This document shows, in pieces, positions 24,583-36,900 of a DNA stretch of 64,000 nt; position 1 is the first letter of the stretch, and each line of letters starts with the position of its first letter. This DNA comes from the human T2T-CHM13v2.0 reference genome, Homo sapiens, in the NCBI RefSeq assembly GCF_009914755.1, contig NC_060944.1, one strand, 5' to 3'. Below the pieces are notes generated by a model. The model was not told the DNA's origin. It saw only the letters and a list, made by a program, of their open reading frames with translations, and ran no database searches. The position numbers and the translations under genes are program-made.

Positions 24583-25869
24583 TTTTTTTTTTTTAAAGTT
24601 AAATGAGATCTAGAACTCTAGTCAGGACTGTGTTAAAACTGCTAACGTTGGAGTTGTTTTCTTCCCAAAACAATTCAAATAATGCTGCTCGTTCCTATTA
24701 GGCAATACATATTTCATTTCTAGTCAGCATGTGGTGAGGTGATCACCTTATTATTTTCTTTCCTTCTGCATACTCCAGATGCACTTTTGACTTAATATCT
24801 TCGTTGTATCCTCTTAATTAGGTTCTTGCTGTTTCCTTGAGACCATACCTTCAGTAGTTCATGCCTAGTTTAAATTTTATCCTCCACTCAGATTTAATTC
24901 AAACCACCACATTTTAAATGCCTTATAGTTTATTTCTGTGAATGTAAGAAACACATCCTTGGCTTGCTTTTACAAATTCATTACTGAAGAGATGGACTAG
25001 AGGGGCCAACGATTGATTCCAAGAGACACCAATTGCTCTATTCCCCTGCCTGATAATGAGCCCATACCCAGAGGGAATCGGCCAGTGTTAAATCTCATAA
25101 TGACAAACAGAAATGTGCAGCGTCGTTATCACTAAGCCAACACCATTAAAGGCCAGTGTTTATTGACACTTCAGGTGACTGGATGATGCCTCTCCAGGCC
25201 GAGCTAATGAGGAGAACCTCTCCATTACCTCTTATCGAGATTTAGCAGACTCCATAGCTACCCAATGAAAGTGGAAATTACTGGGCAAGCACTGACATTT
25301 ACCAGAGACTGGCCTTCAGTCATAATGCATAAGGCACTCAAGGACAGATTTGTAGACTCAGAAATCCAGTTTATAGAGGCTTTTGTTTTAGCCTGTTGTT
25401 TGCAAAGCCTGCACCCTCAAATATTTTTGCTGCTCTCCACAGTCTAGTGCAAAAGTGGTTGTTTTCATGGATGTATTTCCTGCCACTTGTCTTAAGCACG
25501 AAAAAAAGACCAAAGCACAAATTTGAAAGTCTTTTTGGTTCTTGTATTCTTTAGAAGCCCACCATAGTTGTTGTTTTCTGATGGGATTTATTCACTCAAT
25601 CCCAATCATTCATAGACCATCTCCATAAATTTGCACTTTCCATCTACTACCAAATTACTTGCACTTTCAAGTAATTAATTAATTATTTTCTTAAACCAAT
25701 TCATATTTTTTAAAAAATATTTTTCAGAAAGGAAATGTAATCTTACTACCATTAATAAAAGATAAGATTAAAAATATATTTAAATAAACACGTAACTATT
25801 AATTGCTGTTTCCCTAACCAATATACTTTCTAACCTAATATATTAACAGAACCATGTTTTGCTTTGTTT

Positions 25870-26540
25870 CGTTTTGCTTTGCTTGTTTCCAGAGTAGCAA
25901 TGTGAACAGATATAAACTACATTTTCCAACCTCCTTTGCAGTTAGGATGGCCATGGATATGGTCCTGGGTGACAAGAATAAAAAGATGATGCTCAAAAGA
26001 GATTCTGGGAAAACCATAAGAGGAGGGTGAGGCAACTGACATATACCTTTGCCTGTCCTCTTTTTTCCTGCCCTGAAAATGGTCACAGTGTTAAAGATGA
26101 AGTGGCAATTTTGGGTCAATGAGGCAACAAGCATGAGGTTGAAAGTCACACTCAGGTCAGAGGAATTTCAAGATATCTACTGTACAACATGGCACCTATA
26201 GTTAATAACATGCTTTATTCTTGATGATTGTCAAGAGAGTAGATTTTGAGTGTTCTCACCACATAAAAAGATAAGTATGTGAAGTAATTTATGTTTATTT
26301 GCTCAATTTGGGCATTCCAAAATGTATAAAAATATTTCAAGAGACCATGTTTTACATGATAAATATGTATATATTTTTTTATTTGTCAATAGAATTGTTT
26401 TAAAAGATGGCCAAACAGAAATATAGTCAGAATAGGGTCTTCGATTATTGTGCAAGAAAAAAATGAACTCTCCACTTGTTTAAGCAACTTCTAAATCAGG
26501 TTTTCTGTTACTAGAGGCCAGTGTAGTTCTCACTGAGACA
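25870..26540 (+). mobile_element. MLT1J/K-like LTR interrupted by L1MA 3' end
   Basis: ACTACATTTTCCAACCTCCTTTGCAGTTAGG...; terminus TTGTTTAAGCAACT...TTTTCTGTTACT resumes at ~26404. Confidence 0.75.
26155..26395 (+). mobile_element. L1MA 3' end
   Basis: TACAACATGG...TATAGTTAATAAC...AAGAGAGTAGATTTTGAGTGTTCTCACCAC. Confidence 0.88.
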
Positions 26541-27174
26541 TTTATCTCTGTCCTACTTAAAATCACTTCATGTGCCACCATCAGCATGGGCATCACACTT
26601 TGATCAACATTCTGCTCATTGAATATGGTATGTGTAGATTGTCTTTCCTGAAGATAGAGATCATTTTTTATTTTTTACTCACTCCCATCAGGCCAGAGGT
26701 AAATTTAGGAAGGCCCAAAGTGGTCTCTTTCCCATCTAAATATATATATATTGTGGGTGGGCAGCCTCTGTATTCTTCCTCTAATTGAAAGAGATTTAAA
26801 TGCTTATGGTGTGAATTCAAATTTATTCAAATATGAATGCTCACAATATTGACAGGCCAGTCCATAGCCAGCCCAACATGGAAAGAGGACTACAGGTGTC
26901 CATGCAGTTTGTTCTAAGTTATGGCTGCAGCTACTGCCTGTCTCTGAGTTTTAAGGTTGATGTCTCTGGTGACTCCATTCTTGCTTACTTATAGAATAAA
27001 GCATTCAGAACAAATAAGCCAGTGACCAGCGATTTATATGGCCAAAGGTTCTGAGCTTGCTAAATTTATATTATTTTACTATCCTAAACATCAAACATTT
27101 AAGCATGTATAGTTCTTGCTCACAGATGAGTAATAGAAATTCTTTGAAAGATACTATAGATTATTATAATAGTA

Positions 27175-27420
27175 ACAATAACAGCTGCCACTGATTAAAC
27201 TTGTTCTATATGCTAAGAGTATGCTCTCACATTTGATCTTTAAGCAATCCCATGGGTAACTATTATTGGGTATTTTTTTGTTATTATTATCTCTATTTTA
27301 CATTTGAGGACATTGAATCTTAGAGAAGTCGAACCTCTTGCCCAAGATCACACAGTGAGTACCATGAACAAGAAATAAAATTCTTCCCTGTGTGAACCTA
27401 AAGCCAGGGCTTTTAACTAT
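27175..27420 (-). mobile_element. MIR
   Basis: TATTTTACATTTGAGGACATTGAATCTTAGAGAAG...CTTGCCCAAGATCACACAG. Confidence 0.85.
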
Positions 27421-27584
27421 GGCTAACTTTGATGGGTCTTAATATAAAAATATCTTGACATGTTTTTATGTTTGTTCATTTCTATTAATTATTTATAATT
27501 AAGTTATTAAATATTGATGTATATTCATATTTTATATTAATTCAATAAAACTCTTAATAAACCTCTAATAACATAAGCCAATTA

Positions 27585-27885
27585 ACTAAGTGACCCTGGG
27601 CAAGTTATTTATTTATTTATATTTAATTAACACATATGGCCTTTGTGCTAGACACTGTCCTAAGGAGTCTGTAAGTTTTACACATTTAATTCATATTTCA
27701 ACTCAATGAGCTAAGTACTCCATTTATACAAGAGGAAACCAAGGCGTAGAGAGTTGAAGTAACTTGGCAAAAGTCATACAGTTATAATAGACTTACATAG
27801 TCATACTAGTCATACAGCTAGTCAAACGGCCAGTAATGGCAATGCCCTTATCTGCAAAATGAGAAGGTTGTAGTGGGTAACCCCA
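27585..27885. mobile_element. MIR (+) core interrupted by a MIR (-)
   Basis: GTGACCCTGGGCAAGTTATTT ... [AGAGGAAACCAAGGCGTAGAGAGTTGAAGTAACTTG] ... CCCTTATCTGCAAAATGAG. Confidence 0.65.
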
Positions 27886-28659
27886 GAACTCTTGTCACCT
27901 CTGGCATTCTGTAAACTGTAAATTTTGAATTTCTGGCTTGATTAATGATTGATTAATTGATTTTTGGTTGAGCATATAAGAAATATGCTGCCACAGAGGA
28001 AAACTGGCTTTCGTAGCCATTTCTGACCACGGTGTTTCTTTCAGCTCAGCAAAAGGCAACATCTGTGTATATGCAGAGTACATATCTATACCCTCAATGT
28101 ATTTCTGACAAGTTCAGCTTGTGATCCCTGTGGGCATAGCTGGTAAGTAAGTTTAAACCATCATTTCCCAAAGACAGAACTGTGATGAAATGATTACTTC
28201 CCAGACACTGGAGAATACCACTCCTGATGCAGTTTGGGATGTCTTTGTGATAGCCTGGCAAGAATCTCCAGAATCAATCATAAGAGACAAGACACAGTAA
28301 CAGAAGTCAGACGGCCTGACATAGTGTTTGTTGACCATAACCTGAACTGGAGCCTAGCCATTGATCAGCTTTGAGAATTCAGCTGTCAGTGGTTTAAGCA
28401 CACATCCTTAGGAAGATCAGAAGCTTCCCTATGTGTGAAAAGTAACCTTTGCTGGCAGAGCAATGCCATAACTTACTTTCCTAGGACCCTCCCAATGTGC
28501 ATAGAGATGAGTGGTGGGATGCTCTCTTATGGAGCAAGCAATTTTGTTAGTTACTATTGATGTGCTCAGATATTTGTAGCTCTAGCTACTAATGAGTTTC
28601 AGTAGGAATGCCAGCATGAACTCACTCAGCCCAGTTTATTTCAGCAATACATTACTGTG

Positions 28660-29090
28660 ACAGGTGATGGTGATCCTCCACCTAGTTTCTCTTTACCAGA
28701 CTGGTGCCCTTAACTTCGTTCTTCTGGGGGTGTTAGCTGCTCATGGCTCACACTTTTATCCTCTTCTGGAGGATTTTCCACAGCTGATAGGGCCTGCCTT
28801 GTGCATATACCTGGAAACTTTTATTCCTTTTCCTGGAGGTGGCCCATTGCCAGTAGGGCCGATGTAGGTGTGCAAGAGTGTAACCCCCTTTCCCTGGGAG
28901 TGGAAAAGTGATGGGGGAGCTCTCTGAGTAGAATTCATTCTCTGGTTCTCTCTGTGGCATCGGAGTAAGGTGAATCTCCTTCTGGACTCTTTCTTTTCTA
29001 TCCTGTTCCCCTGTAGCCTTACAGGTTTCTCTTGAAAGCAACCCCTCAATATGTCACTTACACAAGAATCCAGATCTATCAAGCAAGAGG
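28660..29090 (+). mobile_element. LTR16-like ERVL LTR
   Basis: 3' part CCTTACAGGTTTCTCTTGAAAGCAACCCCTCAATATGTCACTTACACAAGAATCC resembles LTR16. Confidence 0.6.
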
Positions 29091-30558
29091 AATAAGTTCA
29101 AGTTCATAAGATTCTTGTCTTTAACTGCTGAGCCCCACCCCCATCCTTGGCTTGTGTCCATCCAAAATGTCAGTACTCTTTGATTGCCTCCTGGCTCAGT
29201 TACCTTCATGTTTTACTTTCCCCTCATATCCCTTTCAAACAATAGAAGCTTCTTTCACTGAACATAACTGCAGCTCCTTCAGGAGATGGGGGAAGAAGGC
29301 AGTGTCAGAAGAGAGACTATTCTGCACTCCTTGGAGAACCAGTGACCAGTGGGTATGATATTTAATTTTACCAGGAGCATGCATCAGAAAATAGTCCACA
29401 ATATTTCACACAAAGAGTCATATCCAGAACAAGGAAATTAAATAGGTTTTAATTGAAACCTTAATGCTACATTTGAGAAGGAAGGTCAGATTGAAAGAAA
29501 ATTGATTTCTGTAATTGATAATTCTTTTTCCCACATATCCCTGAGCACAATAATCATAACTCTTAAGGAACTCAGAAATGCATGGTATACAAGGGAGTGA
29601 CATGAGAACACTTATTTCAAAATGGAGAGAGAGACTTCCTGCCTCAAACTATCCCAGATATTTAAAGATTTGAAACATTTAACTAAATTTTTGGTAACTC
29701 AAATGTTTTGCCACTCGTTAGACATAAAATTTGTTTTCTATCATCTGTCAGTTTCACTCTACATTTTATTTCATGGATGAGACAGAATGATCATTAGTAG
29801 TTAGTTGGTTGTAAGGGGAAACATAAAATAAAAATAGAAGTTCATGGGAAGGATTTTCCATATGCATCTGCATGAAAGTAAGTTTCACATGGAAAAAAAT
29901 TTAAGCAAAAGGATTTAACGTGCTGATATTTCAAACTACCTTTTCATAGGATGAAATATGATTTGCCTGTATGTGATTCTGAAATTCAGATAGTAGAAAC
30001 TCTACGGGCAACGCTATCTCCTCTAGAAGTTGGTAAAATAAGAGGCAAGTCTTATTAAAAATAATTATAATTCTTTTCAACCAATATTTATCGGTGACTC
30101 ACTCAGGGTCAAAAAAGTAAATATTTTTTAACGGTAAGAAGGTACAAAGAACAGTATGATGCCAAGGAACACATGCCACTTTTTGATGGAGAATATGAAA
30201 GCATCCTGGGGGAAGAAACAGATGATGCAGACCATTCAGAGCAGGTAGGATTTGGATAGGTATAAATCGATGTTGAAAGGAAGGGGCTAGCAACAAGAAA
30301 TAGAAAGGCTATAGGCTCATTGGAAGGAAAAGGTAGGCATTGTTCAATGAAATGCCAAAAAATATTTGGCACTTCGGATACTATAGAGGATGCGGAAAAG
30401 TAATCTGGAATGGTAGGTTGGAGCTATGGAAAGAGAATCAAGGTGTTTATTGTTTCAGTGAATGTCAAAACATATGAGTGTGTATATATTGGAATAGAAT
30501 GAAGAGATCTCAAAGGTGGACCATCAGTTAGAGTGATTGATATGGCAGTGATCTAAAA

Positions 30559-30873
30559 CAACAGTCCCCAGACTTTTTGAACCTTGGACCAGTTTCATGG
30601 AAGACAATTTTTCCACAGTGTGGGGGGATGGTTTTGGGATAAAACTGTTCCACTTCAGTTAGATTCTCATAAGGAGCGTGCAACCTAGATCCGTTGCATG
30701 TGCTGTTACAATAGGGCTTGTGCTCCTATGAGAATCTAATGCCACCATTGATCTGACAGGAGGAGGAGCTCAGGTGGTACTGCTCGCTGGCAGCTCACCT
30801 CCTGCTGTGCAGCCTGGTTGCTAACAGGCTGTGGACCAGTACCAGTCCACAGCCTGGGGGATGGGGACTCCTG
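30559..30873 (+). mobile_element. MER1B (hAT-Charlie) with 8-bp TSD
   Basis: GAAGACAATTTTTCCAC, TTAGATTCTCATAAGGAGCG, GGGGACTCCTG; TSD ATCTAAAA/GTCTAAAA. Confidence 0.93.
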
Positions 30874-31069
30874 GTCTAAAATAAGTAAAGGAGGCATGAA
30901 CACACAGGTGACAGTGGAAGTCAAAGGGAACAAGAATTTTAATAGAGAAGAAAAGATCAATGCTGGCACAAACTATAGAAGGAATGAGGAAGAGGAAGGT
31001 CAAACCAAAGTAAATGGATCTGGCAAAGAGGAAGTCATTTGGTCAACCAAAGCCGGTATTTAATCTATA

Positions 31070-31515
31070 CTGTCATACTGCGGATTCCTCCCAAAGCCAA
31101 CCTCAGCAACAGAGGTTGAGTAGTGGTAGTTTGTTTGAGAGGTAGCCCTAGGAAGAACAAGGAAGGGGGTCAGAACAGTGAGGCAGGAATAGCAGAAGCG
31201 AATAGAGGATACATGAATGAGGCAGTGAGCAAACGGAGATCCTCCAGAGGGATCCGTAGAATGTATCTAGAATTGTTCCACTGAGGGAGGGGTAGAGCCC
31301 AGGGATTTATGCAGTGATTTCGGCTCCTAATTGCTTGGCAGTTGCCCGCAGGGGCATCAAATCCCCTCTTCAATGGACTGGTCTGCTCTGAGTAGGGCAA
31401 GCCCCTGTGGCCCTGCTCAGGTAGAAAAGCAGAAACATTCAAGCCATTGAATTATGCAAGGAGTGATCCACTGCAGCCTCAGATAAACTTAGAGGTAAGC
31501 AAGGGTATAAATAAC
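31070..31515 (-). mobile_element. LTR33-like ERVL LTR
   Basis: GGTAGTTTGTTTGAGAGGTAGCCCTAGGAAG...GTGAGGCAGG. Confidence 0.6.
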
Positions 31516-31539
31516 AACTTCTTCAAGTACCTACAAGTT

Positions 31540-31858
31540 CTAGGTGTTTGCAAGTGGCTTCTATTTTTGAGGTCACCTCACAGTTTAAGATGGCTGCTGG
31601 CATTCCAGCTATCACAGCTACTTTGTGGACAGCAGGAAACACTCATAGAAGAGTCCACTTCGTTTAATCAGCCTTCCTGTAAGTATCACAGAACATTCAT
31701 TCACCAGAAACAGACATATGACCAATCTTGCTGGAAGGGAGGCTGGGAGATGCAATATTTTAGCTCGACATATTATTGTTCCACATACAATTGTGCTTGG
31801 TTTTAAGGAAGGAAAGGTACATAGAGGTTGTGTGATAGCCAGCAATCTCTGCCATACC
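31540..31858 (-). mobile_element. MLT1J/K-like fragment
   Basis: AAGATGGCTGCTGGCATTCCAG and GGAAGGGAGGCTGGGAGATGC. Confidence 0.65.
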
Positions 31859-33157
31859 ATATAAAAACATATTTAAGTCAGAGTTTTAATTTCTTTTTTA
31901 TTTATTGATTCTGTGTCCCACCCACTAGATTTCTAGTTCCTTGAAGACAGGAACTGGGTTAGCTTTACTGTGTTATTACTCACTGTGACTCATACATTGA
32001 GGTTTATTTTTTTCCCCCAGAACAGTCTAGCCCACTTTATCCCTTTTGGCTTTTTAAGTAAGGACATCAGTATCATTACACCAATTAAAGGGAAGAGAGG
32101 ATGAGGATGCCCAATAGCCAGCCATAATGAGAAGTCAGGAATTCCAAAACTTGAATTTTAGATTTTATCAAAGAAGCAGGTGGAGATGAAAATTATGGGT
32201 TATCTGATATATTTAATTATTCAAAATCGTAAACAAACGTACTACACAGAACTCTTTATAACAAATTCTTCATTTTTCAGCATACACTCACCCAAACATA
32301 AACCTACACCACTATTCTCTAGCCGGAGCCATAGCTGAAGGTATTTTTAATGCCTTTCATGTTAGTGAAAATATCTCTGTAGTAGCTATGGACTTGAACT
32401 CAGCAGACCAAGATATGAGTCTCTATTTTCTATTACCAGCAAGCAAGCACTGACAAGCTGTTTATCATCTCCTATCCTTTGTTTCCTCACTTTTAAAACA
32501 AGCATAGTCACAGTGCAGGGGCTTTTGAAAGGAATATTTGAAAAGCTCCTGCACAAGTCTTAGCAAAGTAGGCTATCAGAACATGAACTTTAATCTGAAT
32601 CTCTTCTGTTGTGTCCAAGACTAAAGAGGAGTCTGACTTGATCTTTGGCTCCTTTGACATTGGGAGATCACTGCTACAAACAATCATACTGTGAGAAGCC
32701 CCTGGGATTCCTGGAGATTCCTGCATGTCTGTCTCCCAGACTCTTAAGCATCTGGCCTTGACTTTCTACAAAATGTAAAGGAGGCCTCCAAATGACAGAC
32801 CTTAGGGGGAACATCTCCAAATGGTTCTTCCAAGCACAATGAATCAATCCCCTCTCCTTGCATATTCTGAGAATTAGCAGAAAGTACATACATATTTCAG
32901 AGTTACCTCTTAATACAATTACAGTTCATTCAGCCAGCAATTACAGTAATAGAAAGATTGGCGACTACTGCAAATCAGGTTTAAGAGAACTGATGGCCCA
33001 AGGGGCTAACGCTTCATTCTGTCTGGCTCTAGTAGCAGACTTGGTGGGCTTGTGACCCCCATGTGGTGTGTGTGTGTGGGTGTGTGGGTGTGTGGGTGTG
33101 TGTGTGTAGGGAGACTGGGCACTCCCAGTGGTGTAGGTTGACTGATTATGGTGACCA

Positions 33158-33683
33158 TTTTATTATTTTTATTTTTATTTCAACAGTTTGGGGGATACAG
33201 GTGGTTTTTGGTTACGCGGATGAGTTCTTCAGCGGTGAAGTCTGAGATTTTAGTGCACTTGTCACCTGAGCAGTATAGTCTTTCATCCCTCAACCTCCTC
33301 CAAACTTCTCTGTACCCCCAACCCCCTCCCGAGTCCCCAAAGTTCATTATATTACTCTGTATGTCTTTGTGTCTTCATAGCTTAGCTTCCACTTATAAGT
33401 GAGAACACATGATGTTTGGTTTTCCATTTCTGAGTTACTTCCCTTAGAATAATGCCCTCCAGCTCCATCCACATTGTTGCAAAAGACATTATTTAGTTCC
33501 CTTTTGTGGCTGAATAGTATTCCATGGTGTATATACACCACATTTTCTTTACCACTCATTGGTTAATGGGCACTTCGGTTGGTTCCATATCTTTGCAATT
33601 GTGAATTGTGCTGCTAGCTATAAACATGTGTGTGCATGTGTCTTTTCCATATAATGACCTTTTTTTTTCTTTTGGGTAGACAC
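33158..33683 (-). mobile_element. L1PB 3' end
   Basis: TTTGGGGGATACAGGTGGTTTTTGGTTAC, CCACTTATAAGTGAGAACA, GGCTGAATAGTATTCCATGG. Confidence 0.92.
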
Positions 33684-34195
33684 TGAAAGCCTTCACCTCC
33701 TGGTGAAGACAGGAGGTTATTGGCCATGTTAGACACTGAAAGTCTTCATCTCCTGTGGCTCCTATCTATACCAGCCTCATAGTCTGGATTCTGTGGTTTT
33801 AAGAAACTACTCTGAAGAAATAAATGTGGACAGAGCACTACAGGAAAATGGTGACTATAGTAAAGGCAGGGGGCACGGGTAGTCCTCTAGTGCTTAGCTA
33901 TGCCCCATTCCAATGTTGATCTCCAAATAACTTCTCACTGAACTTCATGTAAGCCTTTGAAGCCAATTACTTCCAACTATGTCTCATTCTCTCAAATTAA
34001 AATCTACATCTGATTCATTCTCTCTGAAATACATATGCCCAGATATCTAAATTCAAATGGCATCTAGCTGGAAGGTTGGAATACCCGTTTACTTCCTACA
34101 AATATATTCACAAAGAAGAAATGATTTTAAAGAACAGCAACAATGACTTAAAAAACCTAAAGACAAAAAACAAAAACAAACAAACAAGCAAAAAA

Positions 34196-34515
34196 CGCCC
34201 GGCATGGTAGCTCATACCTGTAATCCCAGTGACTAGGGAGGCTGAGGCAGGAAGACAACTTAAAGCAAAGAGTTTGAGACCAGTGTGGCAATCTACTGAG
34301 AATCCCTCTCCTAAAAAGAAGAGAAAAAAATAAAAATAAATTAGTTGGGTACAGTGGCCTGAACCTATAGTCCCACCTACTCAGAAGGCTGAGGCGAGAA
34401 GATCTCTTGAGCCCAGGAATGAGTTTGAGTTTGCAGTGAGTTATGATTGCACCACTGCATTCCAGTATGGGTGACAGAGTGAGCCCTTGTCTCTTAAAAA
34501 GTAGGAAATAAATAA
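34196..34515 (+). mobile_element. AluJ
   Basis: Diverged dimer with J-type CTTGAGCCCAGG...GCAGTGAGTTATGATTGCACCACTGCA. Confidence 0.92.
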
Positions 34516-34986
34516 TTTTAAAAGACAAAATAGTGTTAGAAAAATGGTAGATTGAACAATATTTATAAAGTAGACCAGTCTGGGTTAGAGCAAAGACGAA
34601 GAAAAAGAAACATAGAAGGCAGCTTGACACTGCGTTCCTGTTCTGTTCACTCTCCAGAAATCCAGCAACCTATCAAATTAAAAAGACCTAGCAGCTTATT
34701 TCTCTGTACCATAGACTGGTTTTTATCTCCACTCTGCTTTAGACTTTATCTCTACCATAGATTTTTAAATCTGTATTGAGAGAAAGAAAATATCTTAACG
34801 AATCCTTGTGGAAATAGAATTTCAAGCATACTTGAAATGTTCTCCAAAACTGTGGAAGAAAAAAATACATGAAAATGATAAAAGATAAACTGATAGACAT
34901 TGAATAAGAATACAGGAATTTTACCTATGAACAATTTCTCCTTTTGGAATATGGTTTGAGACAAAGAAAGAATATTACAGCATATC

Positions 34987-35291
34987 AGAAGAAGAAAGAA
35001 AGGTAAACAGAAAGGAAAGGACAGAGAAAGAATAGAAGCAAGAGAGGAGGGGAGGAGGGGAGGAGGGGAGGAGGGAAGGGGAGAGGAAGAGAGAAAGAAA
35101 TGGAAGAACAGAGAAAGGGAGGAAGAAAGGGAAGGAAGGAAAGAAGGAAGGAACAAAAAGAGGATGGAAGGAAGGAAGGGAAGGAAGGGAGGGAGGGAAG
35201 GAGGGAGGGAGGGAGGGAAGGAGGGAGAAAGGAAGGAAGGAATGAAGGGGAGAAGGAAGGAAGGAAGGGAAGGAGGGGAGAAGGAAGAAAG
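34987..35291 (+). repeat. GA-rich polypurine low-complexity tract
   Basis: ~300 nt of mixed GGAA/GGAG/GGGA units with very few pyrimidines. Confidence 0.95.
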
Positions 35292-35499
35292 TCCTTTCAT
35301 GCACTAAAGAAAAGTTAGTACCTACAGGTGGAAATAGAGTTATAACTGATAATTTATTGATACCTAAACAGAAGAAAAAACATGGTTTTTTTCCAATCAT
35401 GAGGGCACAAAAAATTTCTATATTGGCATCATACTTTACTGTTGCAAAAGTGGTCTTTCTGTAACTCTCTTAAACATTTATTTCCTCATAATCACAGAG

Positions 35500-36010
35500 A
35501 GCGTTTTCCATGTGAATTCGCACAAATTCCTTGCTTAGAAGCCCTCACTGGCTCTCCCTCATCCACCCAGTAAGTCCCAGATTCTTGAACAAGACTTGGC
35601 CTATAACTCTCTCTCATGTCTCCTGCAACTGCCAATCTGTCACTCTCTCAAGAGCCCTGCAAAAACCATGCTACTCAATAAACCACAGACGTCCTTTCTT
35701 TCTATGCCCACTTAACGTTACTTTTCATTCAGATCTTTTATATCCCATCTTCTCCAGAAAGCTTTCTCTGTACCCTCTTCTCAAACAAGAATAAATCTTT
35801 GTATCCTGTGCTAGGATATAATGAAAACAGATCTTCTGTATTAATTTGTATTAATAGCTTTTTATGTTAAGTTGAATTTTTCCATGTTTGTTCCATCAAG
35901 TTCCTCCCCTAAGATTGTGGGTGTTCTCAGAATTGAGTATGTGCCCCAACATCTAACATGGTATCTAGTCCATAATACGTGTGAGATTGTGCTTGTTGAC
36001 CTGAATCATG
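35500..36010 (+). mobile_element. L2 3' region
   Basis: CCTCACTGGCTCTCC, CTTCTCCAGAAAGCTTTCTCTG, CCCCAACATCTAACATGG. Confidence 0.65.
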
Positions 36011-36289
36011 GAAAATGCCTGGGCCGTATATGAAGTACAGAAGAGCTCCAGGTGTGAGGTAGTGCTTGGTAAGATAAAGACTTCAATGTAGCACCTGGTA
36101 TTGTGAGGGTGACCTGTCTTTCCTGGGTCTTCAGCAATGTAGGAACTTCTTTGGCAGTAGTTTTAATTTAATCCTTTAATCTCTAATTTTGCAGCCCATT
36201 TAGAAATAAAAAAATTACAAGCAAAGCTTTTGGTTTCCATCTTAATTGTATTACTTTATCACCAATATAGAACAGAGAGATCCATAGTG

Positions 36290-36900
36290 GATTACAATAA
36301 GTGGAGAGGCCCTGTAGCTGGAGTGTGCCTGCAGAATTTCTAAGAAGGCCAGCATGCCTGCAGCATAGAAAGCAATGGAGAAGGGAAATGGAGGATGAAG
36401 TCAGAATGGCGACGAGGGACCAGATGGTGGAGGCTTTCAGGTCATTAAGGGCTTTACTTATTTTGAATGACGTTTATTTTGACAACAATTAATGGGTTTT
36501 GAGCAGAGGAGCAAGAAGACACGACTTACATTTTATCGGGATCATTTCAGCATTCTTGAATAAGTTGAAAAGAGAAATCATTTAGAAAACATCTGCACCT
36601 ATCCAGGTAAGACATGATGGTGGACCAAGGTGGTAGCAATGGAAAGGAGGGGCATAATTGGATTAGGGATGTATTTTAAATGTTGAGCCGACAGGATTTG
36701 CTGGTGGGTTGCATGCAAGTCAGTACTTAAATGAGATTAGCCATGGAATACAAGCATCAAAAGTAAAGAGCAGAGATGATGAAAGTGATGGTGAGGTCTG
36801 GGCCATTCTAAGAATTCTAATAAAAATCAAAGGGGTAAGGGTTGATGTCAGTTCACAGGCTATGGAACTGTCAAGACCAAAGACCCTGTGAGGTAGCTGA
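36290..36900 (-). mobile_element. L2 fragment
   Basis: GGGTTTTGAGCAGAGGAG...GACTTACATTTT and GAGCCGACAGGATTTGCTGGTGG. Confidence 0.75.

Noticed and set aside
28664-29082. Three overlapping ORFs of 67-108 aa
   Set aside because: They lie in an old LTR16-like element and show no recognisable domain
31447-31806. 119-aa ORF
   Set aside because: Spans LTR33-like and MLT1 fragments, starts at TTG, no recognisable homology
34157-34630. 157-aa ORF
   Set aside because: Antisense AluJ translation (LTLSPILECSG), a typical Alu artefact; the same applies to 48358..48600 and 47005..47196
34752-35400. Longest ORFs (182 aa and 141 aa), rich in S/P/F/L
   Set aside because: Read-through of the GA-rich low-complexity tract
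36054-36063. TGAGGTAGT, resembling the let-7 5' end
   Set aside because: Only 9 nt and no hairpin; expected by chance
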